56,904 nt of DNA from a virus (Duplodnaviria; Caudoviricetes): positions 1 through 56,904 of IMG/VR virus record IMGVR_UViG_3300024355_000518. One strand, given 5' to 3'. Of the stretch, positions 45,671 to 54,423 are shown piece by piece. Numbering within the stretch: position 1 is the stretch's first letter; every line of letters starts with the position of its first letter. The notes below the pieces were generated by a model. The model made no database searches. It was not told where the DNA came from and saw only the letters and a program-made list of their open reading frames with translations. The translations under genes and the position numbers were made by a program.

Positions 45671-46294
45671 TTATCCTTCCTGTTCAATTAGTTTGCCAAT
45701 CGTAGGTAACTCTCTCTTAAAGATTTCCCATACACTATCCGCTATATCTCGATGCTCTTTCTGTGTTTCTGGTGACCTCCTTATTTGTAAATAATGAATC
45801 CAACTTCTAATACTGCCCTTCATATATAACTTAGTTTGCGTAGAAAGAGGCAACAAGAAACGAGCTTGTTCCTTAGCTATTCCCTTACTTAAAGCTGTGG
45901 TGTATAAAGTACTTGTTAATTGGTGCAATTCTTTTTGCATCTGAGTAAACCATTCTTTTGTTTTACTATCCAAATCGTCAATACTATTTTGCCTGTTATT
46001 GATGTCTTGCCTTCTCGCTTCATATAATTCAAAGGATTGTACCTCTGCATATCGTTGACTAAACTCTTGAAAAGAGAATGATTTGTGACGAAGGATTTGA
46101 GCGGCAATAGCTCTACTTGTTTTTATTTCCACCGTCATGTCAGCCATTTCAAATATAGACCAATGACCGTGCTTGATACAATAGGATAGTAATTTTTCTA
46201 TTTTAGGATTACCTTGACGGGGACTACTAACCCGGGCGCAGTAGGCAATAATTCGTTCCCCTTCAGGAGTGATACTAATTAATCTTGTTTCCAT
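45671..46294 (-). CDS. thyX: FAD-dependent thymidylate synthase
   Basis: [34 protein letters not shown] and TQKEHR. Confidence 0.95.
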   Translation of the reverse strand: METRLISITPEGERIIAYCARVSSPRQGNPKIEKLLSYCIKHGHWSIFEMADMTVEIKTSRAIAAQILRHKSFSFQEFSQRYAEVQSFELYEARRQDINNRQNSIDDLDSKTKEWFTQMQKELHQLTSTLYTTALSKGIAKEQARFLLPLSTQTKLYMKGSIRSWIHYLQIRRSPETQKEHRDIADSVWEIFKRELPTIGKLIEQEG

Positions 46295-46656
46295 ATTTCC
46301 ACCATCTGGCTTAATAGTTCCACCAACGCATGTTCCAAACTTTGCGCGATTATCTCTTCTACTGCATCGTCGATAACGCTAGCTACCCCATTGACATAGA
46401 GAACGGCGTGCGCCCATTCATGTAAAAATACTTGCCACTGTTCACTAGGTAATAACGATGATGACACCGTTATTATTTTCTTTAACCCATCTGTCTCCCC
46501 AAAGATATCACTATCTACTTTTTTTACCTCTACTTGGAACGGAGCTCCTAGTACTAGTACTTCTTTCGGTAACGATGTGTTTGGCAAGGGCGATAGCGAT
46601 ATGTCCGATTTCTTCGGCATCTTCTTTATCTCCCTTTTTGTATTCTGGTCTAACAT
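46279..46656 (-). CDS. Small HExxH metallopeptidase-like protein (ImmA/IrrE-like fold)
   Basis: FGETD...I...[10 protein letters not shown]...EEIIA. Confidence 0.65.
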   Translation of the reverse strand: MLDQNTKREIKKMPKKSDISLSPLPNTSLPKEVLVLGAPFQVEVKKVDSDIFGETDGLKKIITVSSSLLPSEQWQVFLHEWAHAVLYVNGVASVIDDAVEEIIAQSLEHALVELLSQMVEIWKQD

Positions 46657-47065
46657 AATTTCTCCATGATGCGGGGTGGATGCCGAGGACGTACTCGGAC
46701 TTACTACATGCTAACACGATACCCACCGCTTTGAGAAGGGAGGCTACCGCATTCTGGTTAAAGCTACTGGTAGCGGGGATATCTTCGTATATGAGGAGGT
46801 CAAAGTTGTAAATGGAGGAGAGCACCTTGATGGAATTGCCAAGCGTTCTTGCCCTCCGCCAGAGCTCGGTACCGCTACCACCAGTAGACAAGGTACCACT
46901 GTCTAGTAATTCCCCTTGCTTGTATATGGCCCACCCCGGAGAGGAGGATGTACTCCCGATACTGGGGTCGATGACGAGCACCATACCAGTGAGAAGGGGG
47001 GTAGTTAATTTACTGACACTTTCGTACAGCTTAGTCTTCTTACTAATATCGGCTACACTCTTCAT
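46511..47065 (-). CDS. RuvC-like Holliday junction resolvase
   Basis: LVIDPS...GWAI...LIYED...PASWR...KEDAEEI RNase H fold pattern. Confidence 0.75.
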   Translation of the reverse strand: MKSVADISKKTKLYESVSKLTTPLLTGMVLVIDPSIGSTSSSPGWAIYKQGELLDSGTLSTGGSGTELWRRARTLGNSIKVLSSIYNFDLLIYEDIPATSSFNQNAVASLLKAVGIVLACSKSEYVLGIHPASWRNYVRPEYKKGDKEDAEEIGHIAIALAKHIVTERSTSTRSSVPSRGKKSR

Positions 47066-47220
47066 ACTTTTTCCTTATTGATATAGTTACTTAAATAGTA
47101 TAGGGGAACTGCGAATATAGCTATCAGTGTAACAAAGAAAAAGTAAGCAAAGATAGCGAACCCTAATAATACATATTGGGTAGCCTTTTTCCATGTGTTG
47201 ATGTTGTCCCACTCTATCAT
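47062..47220 (-). CDS. Small membrane protein (52 aa, MIEWDNINTW...), not in the ORF track
   Basis: Translated by hand; GGAGG RBS, long hydrophobic stretch, ATGA overlap with the RuvC-like gene. Confidence 0.6.
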   Translation of the reverse strand: MIEWDNINTWKKATQYVLLGFAIFAYFFFVTLIAIFAVPLYYLSNYINKEKV

Positions 47221-47221
47221 G

Positions 47222-47704
47222 TTATTTTCTCCTCCTAAAAAGATTACTAACTAATTTATTCCACTCTTCCCCTATTTCAAAATCGGATAATATATAAGTG
47301 TTCATGATATCTGTACTATCATCATAATGGTCCAGTCCCAAGGCACAATGTCCCAACTCGTGGTATATGAGGGTAATTCTAGTTTGAGCAGAGAACCACA
47401 TCCAATGGTCACGATTGATAAAAATTCCATAAGAGAAATCACAGTATCCCAACACGCCTTTACTATTCACACTTAGCTCATCGGAAAATACGGCGTATTC
47501 TGTAGGGAAGCACGGTACATTTCTCTTCCTGGCATCGATAGAAAACTTTACTATCGGCTCGTGCATCAGGGGGTCGTACCCTTTGGTAAAGAGATTGTTT
47601 ACAGTACATAGTCTTTCTGTATAGGGGGTATAAGAATAGTTGGAGATGTCTCTCCCCTCTTTACCGCACCCCGTTAATAGTATCGCTAACAATAGTTTTT
47701 TCAT
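47222..47704 (-). CDS. Lipoprotein metzincin-type zinc metalloprotease
   Basis: MKKLLLAILLTG|C lipobox; HELGHCALGLDH...IM (zinc motif plus Met-turn). Confidence 0.8.
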   Translation of the reverse strand: MKKLLLAILLTGCGKEGRDISNYSYTPYTERLCTVNNLFTKGYDPLMHEPIVKFSIDARKRNVPCFPTEYAVFSDELSVNSKGVLGYCDFSYGIFINRDHWMWFSAQTRITLIYHELGHCALGLDHYDDSTDIMNTYILSDFEIGEEWNKLVSNLFRRRK

Positions 47705-47725
47705 AGTGTCCCCTCCTTGAAACTC

Positions 47726-47753
47726 TTATCGGTAAGTTCAAGGGGAAACTTTA
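47726..47753 (-). promoter_or_regulatory. sigma-28-type promoter for the metalloprotease-RuvC-ThyX-NrdJ operon
   Basis: Intergenic TAAAGTTT-N12-ACCGATAA (perfect -35), followed by AAGGAGG RBS. Confidence 0.8.
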
Positions 47754-47764
47754 ATTGATTTCAA

Positions 47765-50700
47765 TCACTCTTCCAGCTTGATACCAGCCAAAGTTTTCGC
47801 TACTGCTGCACTCCCCTTCAGGGGACAGGTGCCACCCAGAAGGGAGTTTAACTCCCGATAGGCATCGACTTCCATTATCTTCTTAGCAGCTTCCACCTGC
47901 TCATCAGGTACCTCAATGATGGATTCATCATGCCAATCCATTACTATGGGGGTCCAACTTAGCTTTGCCTCAGTCAAGAGATGAGCAGTAATCCTCGAAT
48001 ACAATTGAAGAATATCGTGACCAGTACTTTGAACTACACGATTGAGGATATCTTTCAAGTATTTATCGTCTATACAGATAGGTCGACCATACCCATTCTC
48101 TACCCAGCCACCGTTAGCTTTCCACTCATCTTGTAACCACGTGATGTAAGACATCACTCCACTCTTTGCTTCCATCAATGAGTTATGCATCTCCTCCACT
48201 TCGCGGAGGGACATCTCGACACCGTTCAAAGAGAGTATCTTCTGTTTCTTTTTCACTCCCGAGCCGTAGTTATCTGATAGGATGAGCAGCTTCGCTATCG
48301 ACCGTTCCTTTTTGAATGCCTTCTTGGTAGCCTCTATCGCCTCCGCTGTAGGGGCGTAGGGGTCGTATCCCAATGAGGTTAGCTTTGGACCGATGCCGGC
48401 CATCATACTACCGTAAAAGAGATAGATATCATTCTTCTTAGCGGATGGTCCATATAAAGCTAGTAGATTATTGTCTTGTGATAGCTCCGCTGTCACCACC
48501 ATCTCCAGTGCATTCACGTCACAATCGACAAAGGAATGTCCCGGTCGCGAGATGAATCCTGAAAGGGTACCCCTCGTCTTCGGACATTGAGATGTCACGT
48601 AAGTACTTGTACCGCGGCGCACTAGTAGGTGTTCCGTTTCCACGCTAAGGCAGTAGACCATTCCGTCGTAAACTTGAGTAGTTACATTGGATTTTTTATA
48701 TTCGCGATGCGAGCCTTTTCGGATGTACAAGGAGTAGGCTAGTGGTCTCTTGAACTTGCGGACCCCATACCCGTGACGAACAAGTAGTGCCTGGATAGCG
48801 TCAACAACGTCTTCATGAATACAGTAAAATTCAAAGGCATCTTTAGCTGTTCCAACCTTATGCCCGTCCCAAAAGGATAGCGCTTCCACAAAAGTTTCTA
48901 CTTGATTATCCCCGAGAACAGATAAATCAAACTTCTTGTCCGCCGTCAATAGGGGATGTTGAAACTCGACACGGTACCAAGAATGGACGCCGTTAGCGCT
49001 GACATGATTGGCTGGCACTCCAACTAACTCCGTAAATTTTTGTATCTTTCGGTCTCTCTTAAAACCAAAACGCCACACATAAGGATTCTTTACCCGCGCA
49101 CTGGAGCCATCCGCTTGGACAGCGGCTGCCATCCATATGTCTCGCTCGCTAAAGAACGATTCCGTTGTAGTGCTGGGACGGATGCTGGCATGTGCCATGC
49201 ACTCCTTGGTTCTGAGTTTGTGGATGTCAGATGCCGTTGCAGTAACTCGTCTGACTCGCTCGGTTTCAGCAGCGTGGTTTAAGTCACCGATTAATAACAG
49301 CCTATGGTCTGGAGTTACAAGTAGCGGGGTGTTGTTAGCCATCCCGATAGCGACCATGTCACCCGAGTAGTGCCTTTGCGTTGTGGCTTGAACAGGTCCC
49401 CACTGACCAAACAAGGTATCAGGTTGAATGGTCCACACCAATTCACCGATTTGTAAATCCTTGATTAGTTTCCATCCAGACGGAGTTAATGCTTCGGTAT
49501 CGGGGGCAAAGCATTGTTGTAGGTTGGGACTCTTGCCAGCCAGTCTTCCCGTCACGGTACCTGGCATCTTGAAGGAGGGGTGGATAGTGGGTCGATGTTC
49601 GACTCGCTCGATATAGTCCGCCACGTAGCTGAGCTCCTTCACTTTCAGCGCCCTCCCGATAAGGATTTGACCAACATCGCCCATCGACTGGAGGGCGTCC
49701 TCACTAACGGCAGGTAGCCCACTCTCCGTTTGCAGTGATACCTTGTTATTTAGCTTATCATAGAGGAGCCATCGAAGGTGGTCTCCGGACTGCAAGTTGA
49801 ATGAGTAGCCGGGCTCGATACCGAGCTCGATACGGTGTCTCTTCCCTTCCCAGTTTTTCCAATTCTTACTCTCCTCGAGCGGCTGTCGCTCGAGCTCGTC
49901 CCATTTTAACCAGTTCTTACTTATCGTTACCCCGTCCTTTAAGAAGCGCGGGGGTTCCTTTCTTTCCTTTTTCTTCTTATGTCGGGCCGGCTCGGTAGAG
50001 AGGAACTCGGTCACCTTTGCCGTTTCAAATTCCTTGATGTGGGGGGCGACTAGAGGATGTTCTCGAAAGGAACGTTCGCTATTGACGATGGCCGCCTCTA
50101 ACTCGGTAGCATATCCTACCCAGTGCTGGCGGTCGGTCATGATGCCAGCTATCTTCTGGTCGATGTGCACTAAGACGTGAGGGAGGAAATCACATTGATG
50201 ATATTCGTCAAGCTTTGGAAACCGGCGGAGGAGGGGAGCCAAATGTTCTGTGTAAAGGAGGTACGTAGCTTCGGCATCGAGGACGCAATACCTCCCAATG
50301 ATAGCAGGTGGCGCCCTCCACATTTCTCCTTTCATCGGTGCCTTGTTCTGTTTACAATATCCATTATCCACTAACCAGGTATCTAATTCAGTTTCATTGG
50401 TATCGCTCCACATTAAGACATCTACCATCGCTTCCTTTAGTCCCCACCGCTGCCCCTCGAATCCCTCACTCGCACATTGCATATAGAGACCAAAGGTACA
50501 AGCTAACCAATTGGCATGCTGACCGAGGTCTCTCTTTATCCACCCCCCGTCAAAGTACACATTGTGTGCTATTAATCCCTTATGTTGGGTGAGCAATTGG
50601 ATTAGTTCGGCTATCGATTCATCTGATAACTGGTCCATCGATAAGTAACAGGAGCCCTCGTCCCAAGCGAGACCGACACCGACCACATACGCCTCACTAT

Positions 50701-50899
50701 CGGGAAGGGAATAATCGTTACCCCTCGTTTCGAAATCCACTGCTACTATCGGCGCGTTGACAGCTTGTCGTAGCAGTGCTGTAACGTCGGTATCAGGTGG
50801 GCAGACAAGTTGATACAATGGTCCGCTTCGGGCCGGAGTAGGTTTCGGTTCCAGTAACACGAACCGGGGGTGAGTGGTCAACGTAACATGGTCAGACAT
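47765..50899 (-). CDS. polA: Family A DNA polymerase with 3'-5' exonuclease, containing an intein
   Basis: Exo motifs DFET, AHNVYFD and YCVLDA; TVTGRL..SPNLQ; motif A DVNALE; motif B R..AK...NYG; motif C HDE. Start MSDH (50899) has an RBS. Confidence 0.92.
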   Translation of the reverse strand: MSDHVTLTTHPRFVLLEPKPTPARSGPLYQLVCPPDTDVTALLRQAVNAPIVAVDFETRGNDYSLPDSEAYVVGVGLAWDEGSCYLSMDQLSDESIAELIQLLTQHKGLIAHNVYFDGGWIKRDLGQHANWLACTFGLYMQCASEGFEGQRWGLKEAMVDVLMWSDTNETELDTWLVDNGYCKQNKAPMKGEMWRAPPAIIGRYCVLDAEATYLLYTEHLAPLLRRFPKLDEYHQCDFLPHVLVHIDQKIAGIMTDRQHWVGYATELEAAIVNSERSFREHPLVAPHIKEFETAKVTEFLSTEPARHKKKKERKEPPRFLKDGVTISKNWLKWDELERQPLEESKNWKNWEGKRHRIELGIEPGYSFNLQSGDHLRWLLYDKLNNKVSLQTESGLPAVSEDALQSMGDVGQILIGRALKVKELSYVADYIERVEHRPTIHPSFKMPGTVTGRLAGKSPNLQQCFAPDTEALTPSGWKLIKDLQIGELVWTIQPDTLFGQWGPVQATTQRHYSGDMVAIGMANNTPLLVTPDHRLLLIGDLNHAAETERVRRVTATASDIHKLRTKECMAHASIRPSTTTESFFSERDIWMAAAVQADGSSARVKNPYVWRFGFKRDRKIQKFTELVGVPANHVSANGVHSWYRVEFQHPLLTADKKFDLSVLGDNQVETFVEALSFWDGHKVGTAKDAFEFYCIHEDVVDAIQALLVRHGYGVRKFKRPLAYSLYIRKGSHREYKKSNVTTQVYDGMVYCLSVETEHLLVRRGTSTYVTSQCPKTRGTLSGFISRPGHSFVDCDVNALEMVVTAELSQDNNLLALYGPSAKKNDIYLFYGSMMAGIGPKLTSLGYDPYAPTAEAIEATKKAFKKERSIAKLLILSDNYGSGVKKKQKILSLNGVEMSLREVEEMHNSLMEAKSGVMSYITWLQDEWKANGGWVENGYGRPICIDDKYLKDILNRVVQSTGHDILQLYSRITAHLLTEAKLSWTPIVMDWHDESIIEVPDEQVEAAKKIMEVDAYRELNSLLGGTCPLKGSAAVAKTLAGIKLEE
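48587..49513 (-). mobile_element. Intein (309 aa) with a LAGLIDADG-like homing endonuclease in DNA polymerase A
   Basis: PNLQQ|CFAPDTEALTPSGW...VTPDHR...AAAVQADGS...LSFWDGH...MVYCLSV...YVTSQ|CPK. Removing it restores the PNLQxxP motif. Confidence 0.92.
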
Positions 50900-50924
50900 A
50901 CTACCTTCTCCTTTGCTGAGCAAC

Positions 50925-50954
50925 AAAAAAAGAAGGGGGAGCGCTACTTCCCCC
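50925..50954 (-). terminator. Rho-independent terminator between the SSB-like gene and polA
   Basis: Minus strand GGGGGAAG-TAGCG-CTCCCCC followed by TTCTTTTTTT. Confidence 0.7.
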
Positions 50955-50996
50955 AATACCAATCGCTGAAAGACTGGCTACTATATCTATCTTACA

Positions 50997-51293
50997 TTAA
51001 CCTTGGTTAGCTGCCTCTTTCAAGATGACAGTGTAAGGGGGTTTCCCTGCTGCGATATCTTCAGCGGAGTTCTTGTAAAGGTCAACGTACACCCGTTGTC
51101 CTGCTTTGATATCAGCACCGATTTCAGTGACGACACCTGCTTCCGCCTTACTCTTCTCTGACTTCGGCTTGAAGAGACCAGTTCTAAGAAGAACTGTAGC
51201 CGGTGCCTTCTTCTCCATGGGGCGGTTGTTACCGCTAGCTTGCGCTGGTTTGTTGCCAAAACGATTGCCTTGAGACTGATTACTGTACGCCAT
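50997..51293 (-). CDS. Small putative ssDNA-binding-like protein
   Basis: 98 aa beta-rich, highly biased codons, own promoter and terminator, next to polA. Function inferred from context only. Confidence 0.45.
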   Translation of the reverse strand: MAYSNQSQGNRFGNKPAQASGNNRPMEKKAPATVLLRTGLFKPKSEKSKAEAGVVTEIGADIKAGQRVYVDLYKNSAEDIAAGKPPYTVILKEAANQG

Positions 51294-51334
51294 AATAAAG
51301 ACCCTTTCTTAGAAACGAGGCGACATTGCCATCG

Positions 51335-51628
51335 TTAGTTCATATTACTCTTATCGGATTCTACTACAGAAACTTTAGCTTCCTCTCTAAGTATCTCAAA
51401 CACATGCTCAACTTGCTTCTTTACCAGCTTCTCTACCCGTTCAACTTGTTCGTAAGGAACCATCTCCACATAACAACTCATGGTGACATCAGTAAGGGTA
51501 GTCAACGTTTCATTGACTCCGAGTACTTGAGTCGTGCTGTTGACCCAATACAATAGGGCATCTAAAGAATTCTTTTTAAAGTACTCTAACTCCTCTTCAC
51601 TCAACACAGATTTTTTTGACTTCTTCAT
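51335..51628 (-). CDS. Hypothetical protein (start MKKSKK at 51628)
   Basis: GGAGG RBS before ATG 51628. Confidence 0.6.
   Translation of the reverse strand: MKKSKKSVLSEEELEYFKKNSLDALLYWVNSTTQVLGVNETLTTLTDVTMSCYVEMVPYEQVERVEKLVKKQVEHVFEILREEAKVSVVESDKSNMN
51351..51377 (-). promoter_or_regulatory. sigma-28-type promoter for the SSB-like gene and polA
   Basis: TAAAGTTT-N11-TCCGATAA, one mismatch from the FliA consensus at canonical spacing. Confidence 0.8.
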
Positions 51629-52568
51629 TCCAATCCTCCCATTTGTTTTCGTATTTATCACATATCCCTTGTAAGGGACAATAGGCGCAATCACTATACC
51701 CGGCTGGGGAACCATCGCTCTTCATAGCAGTAGGCCTCGAACCGAGTACCTTCTTCTCTTGCATTGAGGAAACAAATTCATAATAGCGTTGGATGTCAGT
51801 GGTCGACCACGGGGTAACAGTCCATTTGCTTTCCCCCTCCAACCTGTATTGGATGATATCTCCCTTACCAAAGCCTACTTCGTACACCGTGATATGTGGT
51901 TTGATATGTTTGGGTTTTCCTTTATCAGACAATTCTACTAAGGGATGTCCGGCAGGAAACATCTTGTGAGCCCAGTCGGGTAAAGCAAAGTTGGTATATT
52001 GGGTATACACTAATCGATAGGGTACCGCTAATTGCCACCCGTAATGGGCTGCTTGTATCAGGTGTTTCGTCTTCGGTGTCAACTCAAAAGAGACATCTCT
52101 TGCTGTCCACAGGGAACATATGGCTTTATGCTCGATACCTAATTTGGGTTGACCATTAGCATCACATAGCACGATATCGGGACGGCCGCTAACAGGCATC
52201 TTTGAGGTAGACCACTTGATGGGAATCTCTTCCTCTTGCTTGATAGTACCAGGCCATGTCCTCCTCAACTTGTCCATCCAAATACTCTCATTGGCTTTCC
52301 CCAACTCAAACATGAGCAAGTTATCTCGTTGTGGTAACTCTGTCTCCAATCCAAGAAATGACCTAACATAGGAGCGGCGATGGCAGCCCCCTACCACATC
52401 GCCACCTTTCGACATGACACCGCTATCACCTGCCCTCAAGGTGCCCACCTTGCCAGCTTCTTTGCTGACATGCTCTTTCCTATCATCAGCTATCCCGTCC
52501 CAAAATAGGTTTGTCAATTGCATAACCAATCTCCGAGCAAGGAACTTTGAATGTCCATATTCGTTCAT
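51597..52568 (-). CDS. Cas4/RecB-like PD-(D/E)xK exonuclease with Fe-S Cys motif (start probably 52523)
   Basis: GCHRR..., SGRPD...IEHK, Q...Y and C-terminal CAYCPLQGIC. Confidence 0.8.
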   Translation of the reverse strand: MNEYGHSKFLARRLVMQLTNLFWDGIADDRKEHVSKEAGKVGTLRAGDSGVMSKGGDVVGGCHRRSYVRSFLGLETELPQRDNLLMFELGKANESIWMDKLRRTWPGTIKQEEEIPIKWSTSKMPVSGRPDIVLCDANGQPKLGIEHKAICSLWTARDVSFELTPKTKHLIQAAHYGWQLAVPYRLVYTQYTNFALPDWAHKMFPAGHPLVELSDKGKPKHIKPHITVYEVGFGKGDIIQYRLEGESKWTVTPWSTTDIQRYYEFVSSMQEKKVLGSRPTAMKSDGSPAGYSDCAYCPLQGICDKYENKWEDWNEEVKKICVE

Positions 52569-52758
52569 CCCTTGCCAAATGAATCGATATCGGATTAGTA
52601 CTCCCTATCATGTATCCCAACACACTACCATTATCGCTGTCAACCTTTACTATCATCCACAATCGGGGACTGTCTCCCCTCTTCGCTATGAATGGCAACT
52701 GATTGTCCGCCATTAATTCGGCTAACGTTGCTACTTGCTCCTTGTACAGAGGTACCAT
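52486..52758 (-). CDS. Hypothetical protein
   Basis: ORF with GGAG RBS; overlaps both neighbours. Confidence 0.45.
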   Translation of the reverse strand: MVPLYKEQVATLAELMADNQLPFIAKRGDSPRLWMIVKVDSDNGSVLGYMIGSTNPISIHLARDERIWTFKVPCSEIGYAIDKPILGRDS

Positions 52759-52924
52759 TCATCTTCTCCTTTACTTGTTTTTCAGTCGCCCTCACCACAT
52801 GTTCTAGATAAGAGAGGAAAGCCATCTCGGCCAAGTCATCTATCTCTACTCGGCTATATTCTGATATCTTTCTAGCAAGTTCTGCACTATCTCCGCTCAA
52901 TTTAAATGATACCCGTAATCTCAT
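52640..52924 (-). CDS. Small possible ribbon-helix-helix DNA-binding protein (start 52924)
   Basis: MRLRVSFKLS..SAELARKISE...IDDLAEMAFLSYL strand-helix-helix pattern; GGGGAG RBS. Confidence 0.5.
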   Translation of the reverse strand: MRLRVSFKLSGDSAELARKISEYSRVEIDDLAEMAFLSYLEHVVRATEKQVKEKMNGTSVQGASSNVSRINGGQSVAIHSEEGRQSPIVDDSKG

Positions 52925-53622
52925 TACTTTTTCTCCCCTAAAAATCGTTCGTGAATATATACTATCTGATTGTAATTGAACGGGGTTACTAATGGTGCCG
53001 TGTTGAGGACAACCTTCTCCGACCACAGATTGACAATATCGTTGGTGACTTTGTCAAAGAACTTGGGTGCCATCTTGTGGAGACTGATGGCGTGATGTAA
53101 AGTTTCATTATTGTAGTGCCACATTAATTCTTTCTCCGGCATGGGTAAATGTTTCATCAAGTCAGACACTGCTACCTCATCGGCAAGTTTGAGTTGAACC
53201 ATTAGCACTTCAGCCAAAGGTGCTACAACAACGCCTTGATAGAAGACTCTTACCGGGTGCCAGAGGAGGAATGCTTTCGGGGTAGCGTATCGTTCATTGC
53301 AGTGGAGGAGAATTTGAAACGCCATACTAGCTGCCAAGTCGCGAACGACGCAGCGAAAGGTGACACCCCTCTCCTTTAGTTGTTCCATCCTGTCAATGAT
53401 GAGGCTTCCCACCGCGACACTGCCACCAGGAGAGGAGATGATGAGGTCAACTTGCTTTTCCTTTTCGAGCTCGTTCAATGCATTTAGCATGGGCAGATAT
53501 GTATTTTCTCCGATGGGACCACTTAATACAATAGTCTTCTCGGGAGAGAGGGTAACTGGTTTCCCGATAGCGGCTGTTACCGCGATAAAAAGGAAGAGGA
53601 TAGCACCTAAAAAACAACTCAT
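52924..53622 (-). CDS. ClpP/crotonase-fold serine protease with an N-terminal signal peptide
   Basis: ISSPGGSV..G, AASMAF and LLWHP motifs; hydrophobic N-terminus. Confidence 0.8.
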   Translation of the reverse strand: MSCFLGAILFLFIAVTAAIGKPVTLSPEKTIVLSGPIGENTYLPMLNALNELEKEKQVDLIISSPGGSVAVGSLIIDRMEQLKERGVTFRCVVRDLAASMAFQILLHCNERYATPKAFLLWHPVRVFYQGVVVAPLAEVLMVQLKLADEVAVSDLMKHLPMPEKELMWHYNNETLHHAISLHKMAPKFFDKVTNDIVNLWSEKVVLNTAPLVTPFNYNQIVYIHERFLGEKK

Positions 53623-54197
53623 AATTTACACCTTCTCAAGTAAGAGTTGACGCGGATAACGTAATCCGCAGTTTCCTTTACCACTCTACCGCGCTCCATA
53701 AAGGAAGTCAATTGTTTGTAACCTCCATTGTACAAGATGAGAGCCATCATGGTATCACCATCAACCTGGTTCAAGTAATAGCGGAGTAGACAGGTACCAT
53801 ACTTTACATTATGTCGAGTCTGATAAAGATGTCTCGTCTTTATCTTGGCGTACTCGCATTGGGCAACTGCTTCCCTTACTCCGATGGGGGTAAGTTGCAT
53901 CAGTCCGACCGCCCTAGAACGGGAGCGAGCCTTCTTATTGAAGGAAGACTCCGCTGCGATAACCGCCATCACCAACAACATGAACTCTTTATTCCTATCT
54001 ACACTGTGCATACCGACATCATGTAAAATGGCATGCTGTTCTTTAACAGACAAAGGGGTACCTCGTATCAGCTTTTCCCCACACTCGTACCACGCCATGA
54101 TGGGGGGATAATAGTTAGTCTCGTTCGTAGTCATCCCCTCGGCCACGTTTCCCCAAAAGATTGTAGTCATTAGTAACATGTTTGTTAGCTTTAGCAC
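53619..54197 (-). CDS. SLT-type lytic transglycosylase
   Basis: AVIAAESSFN..A.S...AVGLMQL...NVKYGTCLL...YNGG...ETADYV. Confidence 0.9.
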   Translation of the reverse strand: MLKLTNMLLMTTIFWGNVAEGMTTNETNYYPPIMAWYECGEKLIRGTPLSVKEQHAILHDVGMHSVDRNKEFMLLVMAVIAAESSFNKKARSRSRAVGLMQLTPIGVREAVAQCEYAKIKTRHLYQTRHNVKYGTCLLRYYLNQVDGDTMMALILYNGGYKQLTSFMERGRVVKETADYVIRVNSYLRRCKL

Positions 54198-54423
54198 GGT
54201 CTTCCTCCAATCGTTTCTGCTTTAATTTATACTCTTCTTCAGAGAGGAAGGTATTTATTTTGTCTATCTTCTGGTCTATTTCTTTGGTCGCCTCATTCAA
54301 TTCATGTATCATATTGAAGGTAGCTTTATCAATCCTCTCGCGAGCCAGGTTGCGGTCCTTCTTGAACTCATCTCGGAGACGTTTATCGCGTATCATTGGT
54401 ATCACATTATTTTTCTTATCCAT
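54115..54423 (-). CDS. Hypothetical coiled-coil protein
   Basis: GGAGG RBS, NVIP motif. Confidence 0.6.
   Translation of the reverse strand: MDKKNNVIPMIRDKRLRDEFKKDRNLARERIDKATFNMIHELNEATKEIDQKIDKINTFLSEEEYKLKQKRLEEDRAKANKHVTNDYNLLGKRGRGDDYERD

Noticed and set aside
50900-50962. ORF-track N-terminal extension of polA (MVLGEVALPLLFLLL), which looks like a signal peptide
   Set aside because: It is the translated terminator hairpin and T-tract; the RBS supports the start at 50899.
41380-52568. Type IV CRISPR-like system suggested by DinG-like and Cas4-like genes
   Set aside because: The genes are 9 kb apart among replication genes, with no Cas5/Cas7/Cas6-like ORFs or array; both are common stand-alone phage enzymes.
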